From an uncultured Eubacteriales bacterium (lineage in GTDB: Bacteria > Bacillota > Clostridia > Oscillospirales > CAG-272), in the NCBI GenBank assembly GCA_934481515.1, contig CAKSPO010000006.1:134-64133 (forward strand): DNA of 64,000 bases. Direction: 5' to 3'. The notes beneath the pieces are model-generated. The model saw nothing but the letters and a program-made list of their open reading frames with translations, had not been told where the DNA came from and did not search any database. Shown here piece by piece: positions 61,882 to 64,000 of this stretch. A program made the position numbers and the translations under genes. Each line of letters starts with the position of its first letter. Position 1 is the stretch's first letter.

Positions 61882-63819
61882 ATGAAACACAGACAGTACC
61901 TTCCGCTGATGAGCCGCAACTGCACGCCCGACACCCGTCCGCAATTTCTTTCCCTCTTGAGACAGGCAGAAACCGACACCGTGTTTCTGGTGGCGGAGCC
62001 GGAACCGTTCTTCTGCCCGGCACTCCGCCCGGCACACATGAAAAATCTTTGCGACAACGTCCGTTTCTTCCGTGAGACAGGGCTGGAGGTCGGCATCTGG
62101 ACGCACGGACTCGGCTACGGCGGTACGCTTCCTCCCGATGCCGATCCCGCCTTTTCCGGCATGACGCGGATCCGCTCCGTATGTGACCGTGAGCTGGACG
62201 AGGCGTTCTGCCCGACCGATCCGCAATTTCTTTCCTGGTACGGAGCGTGGTTTTCCGCGCTCTGCTCCTGCGGCGCGTCCCTTGTCATGATCGACGACGA
62301 CCTGTGCCAGTCGGTTCGTCCCGGGCTTGGTTGCTTCTGCAAAAATCACCGGGCAATGCTGGCGGAAAAACTACAGCTCTCCCCCGAGGCAAAAGAACTT
62401 TCCGCGGGGGCGCTGAAACAGTCGATCTTTACGGGTGCCCCCTCCCCCGAACGCACCGCTTATTTCCAAGTGACCGGAGATTCTCTCCGCGCCTTTTGCC
62501 GGAAACTCCGCCGGATCGCGGACGGCATCGACCCCGCGCTCCGTCTCGGTTTTTGCGCAGGCTACACCTCTTTTGACTCCGAAGGAGCAACCGCAACGGA
62601 GCTGACCACCATTCTCGCCGGAGAGAATCGTCCGTTCCTGCGCCTGTCCGGTGCCCCTTATTGGGTCTCCGCCTCCGCCAACCGGTTTTCGGGTACCGCA
62701 CTCGCGGACATTCTGGAATTTGTCCGGATGCAGAACGGTTTCTGTACCGCGGCGTTCGGAGAAGAGGAAGTCGATCTGTTCCACGAGGCGGACACCTATC
62801 CCCGCTCCCGTGCGCTGGTTCCCTCCGCCATCTGCGCCTGCTATGACTGCGCTCTGCGGACAGAGCCGAATCTCGGCGGGCTGAATTATCTGTTCGATTA
62901 CAATTCCTCTCCCGACTACGAAACCGGATACCTGCGGGGACATCTGCGCTATCGGGAACTGCGGGAGCAGATCGACCGTGCCTTTGATGGAACCGAGCCG
63001 CACGGCGTCCGGGTCATCGAGGGCGTCCAGAAGCTCCGCTTTGCGCATTTGCCGGAACCGTTCGCCGGAGAAAATGAGCTGATGCGGCACGCCATGACCT
63101 ATGCCGGCGGATTCCTTGCCAATCTCGGCATTCCGACCGTCTATGGCGCCCCGGGGGACGATCTGCGAGAGGTTCCCGCCGCCGTCTGCTTCGGGGAAAA
63201 CGCGCGCCTTCTGATCGGGAAACCGCTTCCCCGTCAACTGATTCTGGATCTTCCCGCCGCACGGATTCTGCAGCAGTCCGGAACGGACATCGGCTTTGCA
63301 TCCGCCGAAATGATCCCGCCGCCGCTTCTGACGTTGCACAGCGCCGAACAGGTGGGAACCGGATGGCTTCCGTTTGTCTACCGGCTGACCCTGCAGGATG
63401 ACGCGGTACCGGTCTCCTTCTTTAAGGAAGAGCAGGAAAAAAGCCCCGCCGTTTACCGTTATCGCAACGGAGCCGCCGAATTTTTGGTTTACGCCTTCGA
63501 CGCATATGCGCAGGATCCGCGTACCGCGTTTTCCCTTTCCTATTTCCGTGCGGAGGAACTGGCAGACTTTCTCTCCGTCCCCTATCCCAAAATCCGCCGG
63601 GAGCCGGGATTTTATCAGATTTGCCGGAAGCATCCGGACGGAAGGCTTGTCAGCCTGTTTCTGAATCTGTCCGCGGATATCCCGGAATCCATCCGGATGG
63701 AAGGACTTCCCGCAAAATTTTCGATCAGCGGCGCTGCCGGCGTTCCGGAATCCGACGGCTTCCGGATCACATCCCCCGTACTCCCCTTCCATGGATTTGT
63801 ATTGGAACAGACAGAATAA
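61882..63819 (+). CDS. Hypothetical cytoplasmic protein (645 aa), Cys-rich N-terminal half
   Basis: The ATG lies after AAGGAGAG. Long ORF with coding-like composition. No family recognised. Confidence 0.6.
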   Translation: MKHRQYLPLMSRNCTPDTRPQFLSLLRQAETDTVFLVAEPEPFFCPALRPAHMKNLCDNVRFFRETGLEVGIWTHGLGYGGTLPPDADPAFSGMTRIRSVCDRELDEAFCPTDPQFLSWYGAWFSALCSCGASLVMIDDDLCQSVRPGLGCFCKNHRAMLAEKLQLSPEAKELSAGALKQSIFTGAPSPERTAYFQVTGDSLRAFCRKLRRIADGIDPALRLGFCAGYTSFDSEGATATELTTILAGENRPFLRLSGAPYWVSASANRFSGTALADILEFVRMQNGFCTAAFGEEEVDLFHEADTYPRSRALVPSAICACYDCALRTEPNLGGLNYLFDYNSSPDYETGYLRGHLRYRELREQIDRAFDGTEPHGVRVIEGVQKLRFAHLPEPFAGENELMRHAMTYAGGFLANLGIPTVYGAPGDDLREVPAAVCFGENARLLIGKPLPRQLILDLPAARILQQSGTDIGFASAEMIPPPLLTLHSAEQVGTGWLPFVYRLTLQDDAVPVSFFKEEQEKSPAVYRYRNGAAEFLVYAFDAYAQDPRTAFSLSYFRAEELADFLSVPYPKIRREPGFYQICRKHPDGRLVSLFLNLSADIPESIRMEGLPAKFSISGAAGVPESDGFRITSPVLPFHGFVLEQTE

Positions 63820-64000
63820 AGCATCGATTGCAGCCGCATGGACCTTTATTGCGAACCGCTGCTTTCCGAGACGTTTGCCGCGGTAAAACCCTGCATGGAA
63901 AGAGTTTTTCGCGAATACGGATTTTGTTTTCCTTTGTAATGCGGTAATTGACCAATCGGATGCGCTCGTTGGTGCCCCTGCCCGATGCGCCGCGCCCCCC

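Noticed and set aside
63838-64000. 33-codon ORF (MDLYCEPLLSETFAAVKPCMERVFREYGFCFPL) and possible partial gene at the right edge
   Set aside because: It is too short, has no clear RBS and resembles no recognised family. The last 60 nt give no interpretable frame.
1-64000. Mobile genetic elements, prophage or genomic island
   Set aside because: No integrase, transposase, recombinase, phage structural or plasmid genes were recognised. The single tRNA has no flanking direct repeat that I could find. AT-rich patches coincide with promoters rather than with foreign DNA.

Overview
This is a 64-kb chromosomal window from a high-GC Clostridia-type Firmicute. Supporting markers are a type-A RNase P RNA, DUF1292, YerC, HemW, a split transketolase and canonical TTGACA-17-TATAAT promoters. 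I call 48 protein genes, one tRNA-Glu(CUC) and rnpB. One of the 48 is a 1248-codon reverse-strand gene that runs off the left edge and is missing from the supplied ORF track. I saw no transposase, integrase, CRISPR array or recognisable defence island. Most content is housekeeping: prfB, typA, rlmH, hslO, hemW, tldD/pmbA, transketolase, glucokinase, a polar amino-acid ABC transporter, an SbcD/SbcC-like pair, an ECF sigma operon, and a GH127/AraC/GH78 glycan cluster. The most unusual locus is a two-gene operon at 48.7-55.9 kb. It pairs a 1477-aa repeat-rich surface protein with a 913-aa membrane-anchored, extremely acidic protein. The 913-aa protein carries a conserved basic domain and a C-terminal domain that aligns to the globular C-terminal domain of ribosomal protein uL15. 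The same basic domain recurs in the left-edge gene, and both genes contain in-frame tandem DNA repeats. Other points worth follow-up:
- a ThyX-fold protein lacking the RHR...S...R signature
- a circularly permuted amino-acid-binding lipoprotein
- a three-copy family of about 45-nt palindromic elements at convergent gene ends
- a roughly 950-nt repeat-rich gap with no credible coding gene
- a 297-nt spacer with long-range pairing that may encode a structured RNA
All calls come from reading the sequence and recalling protein families. No database search was run.
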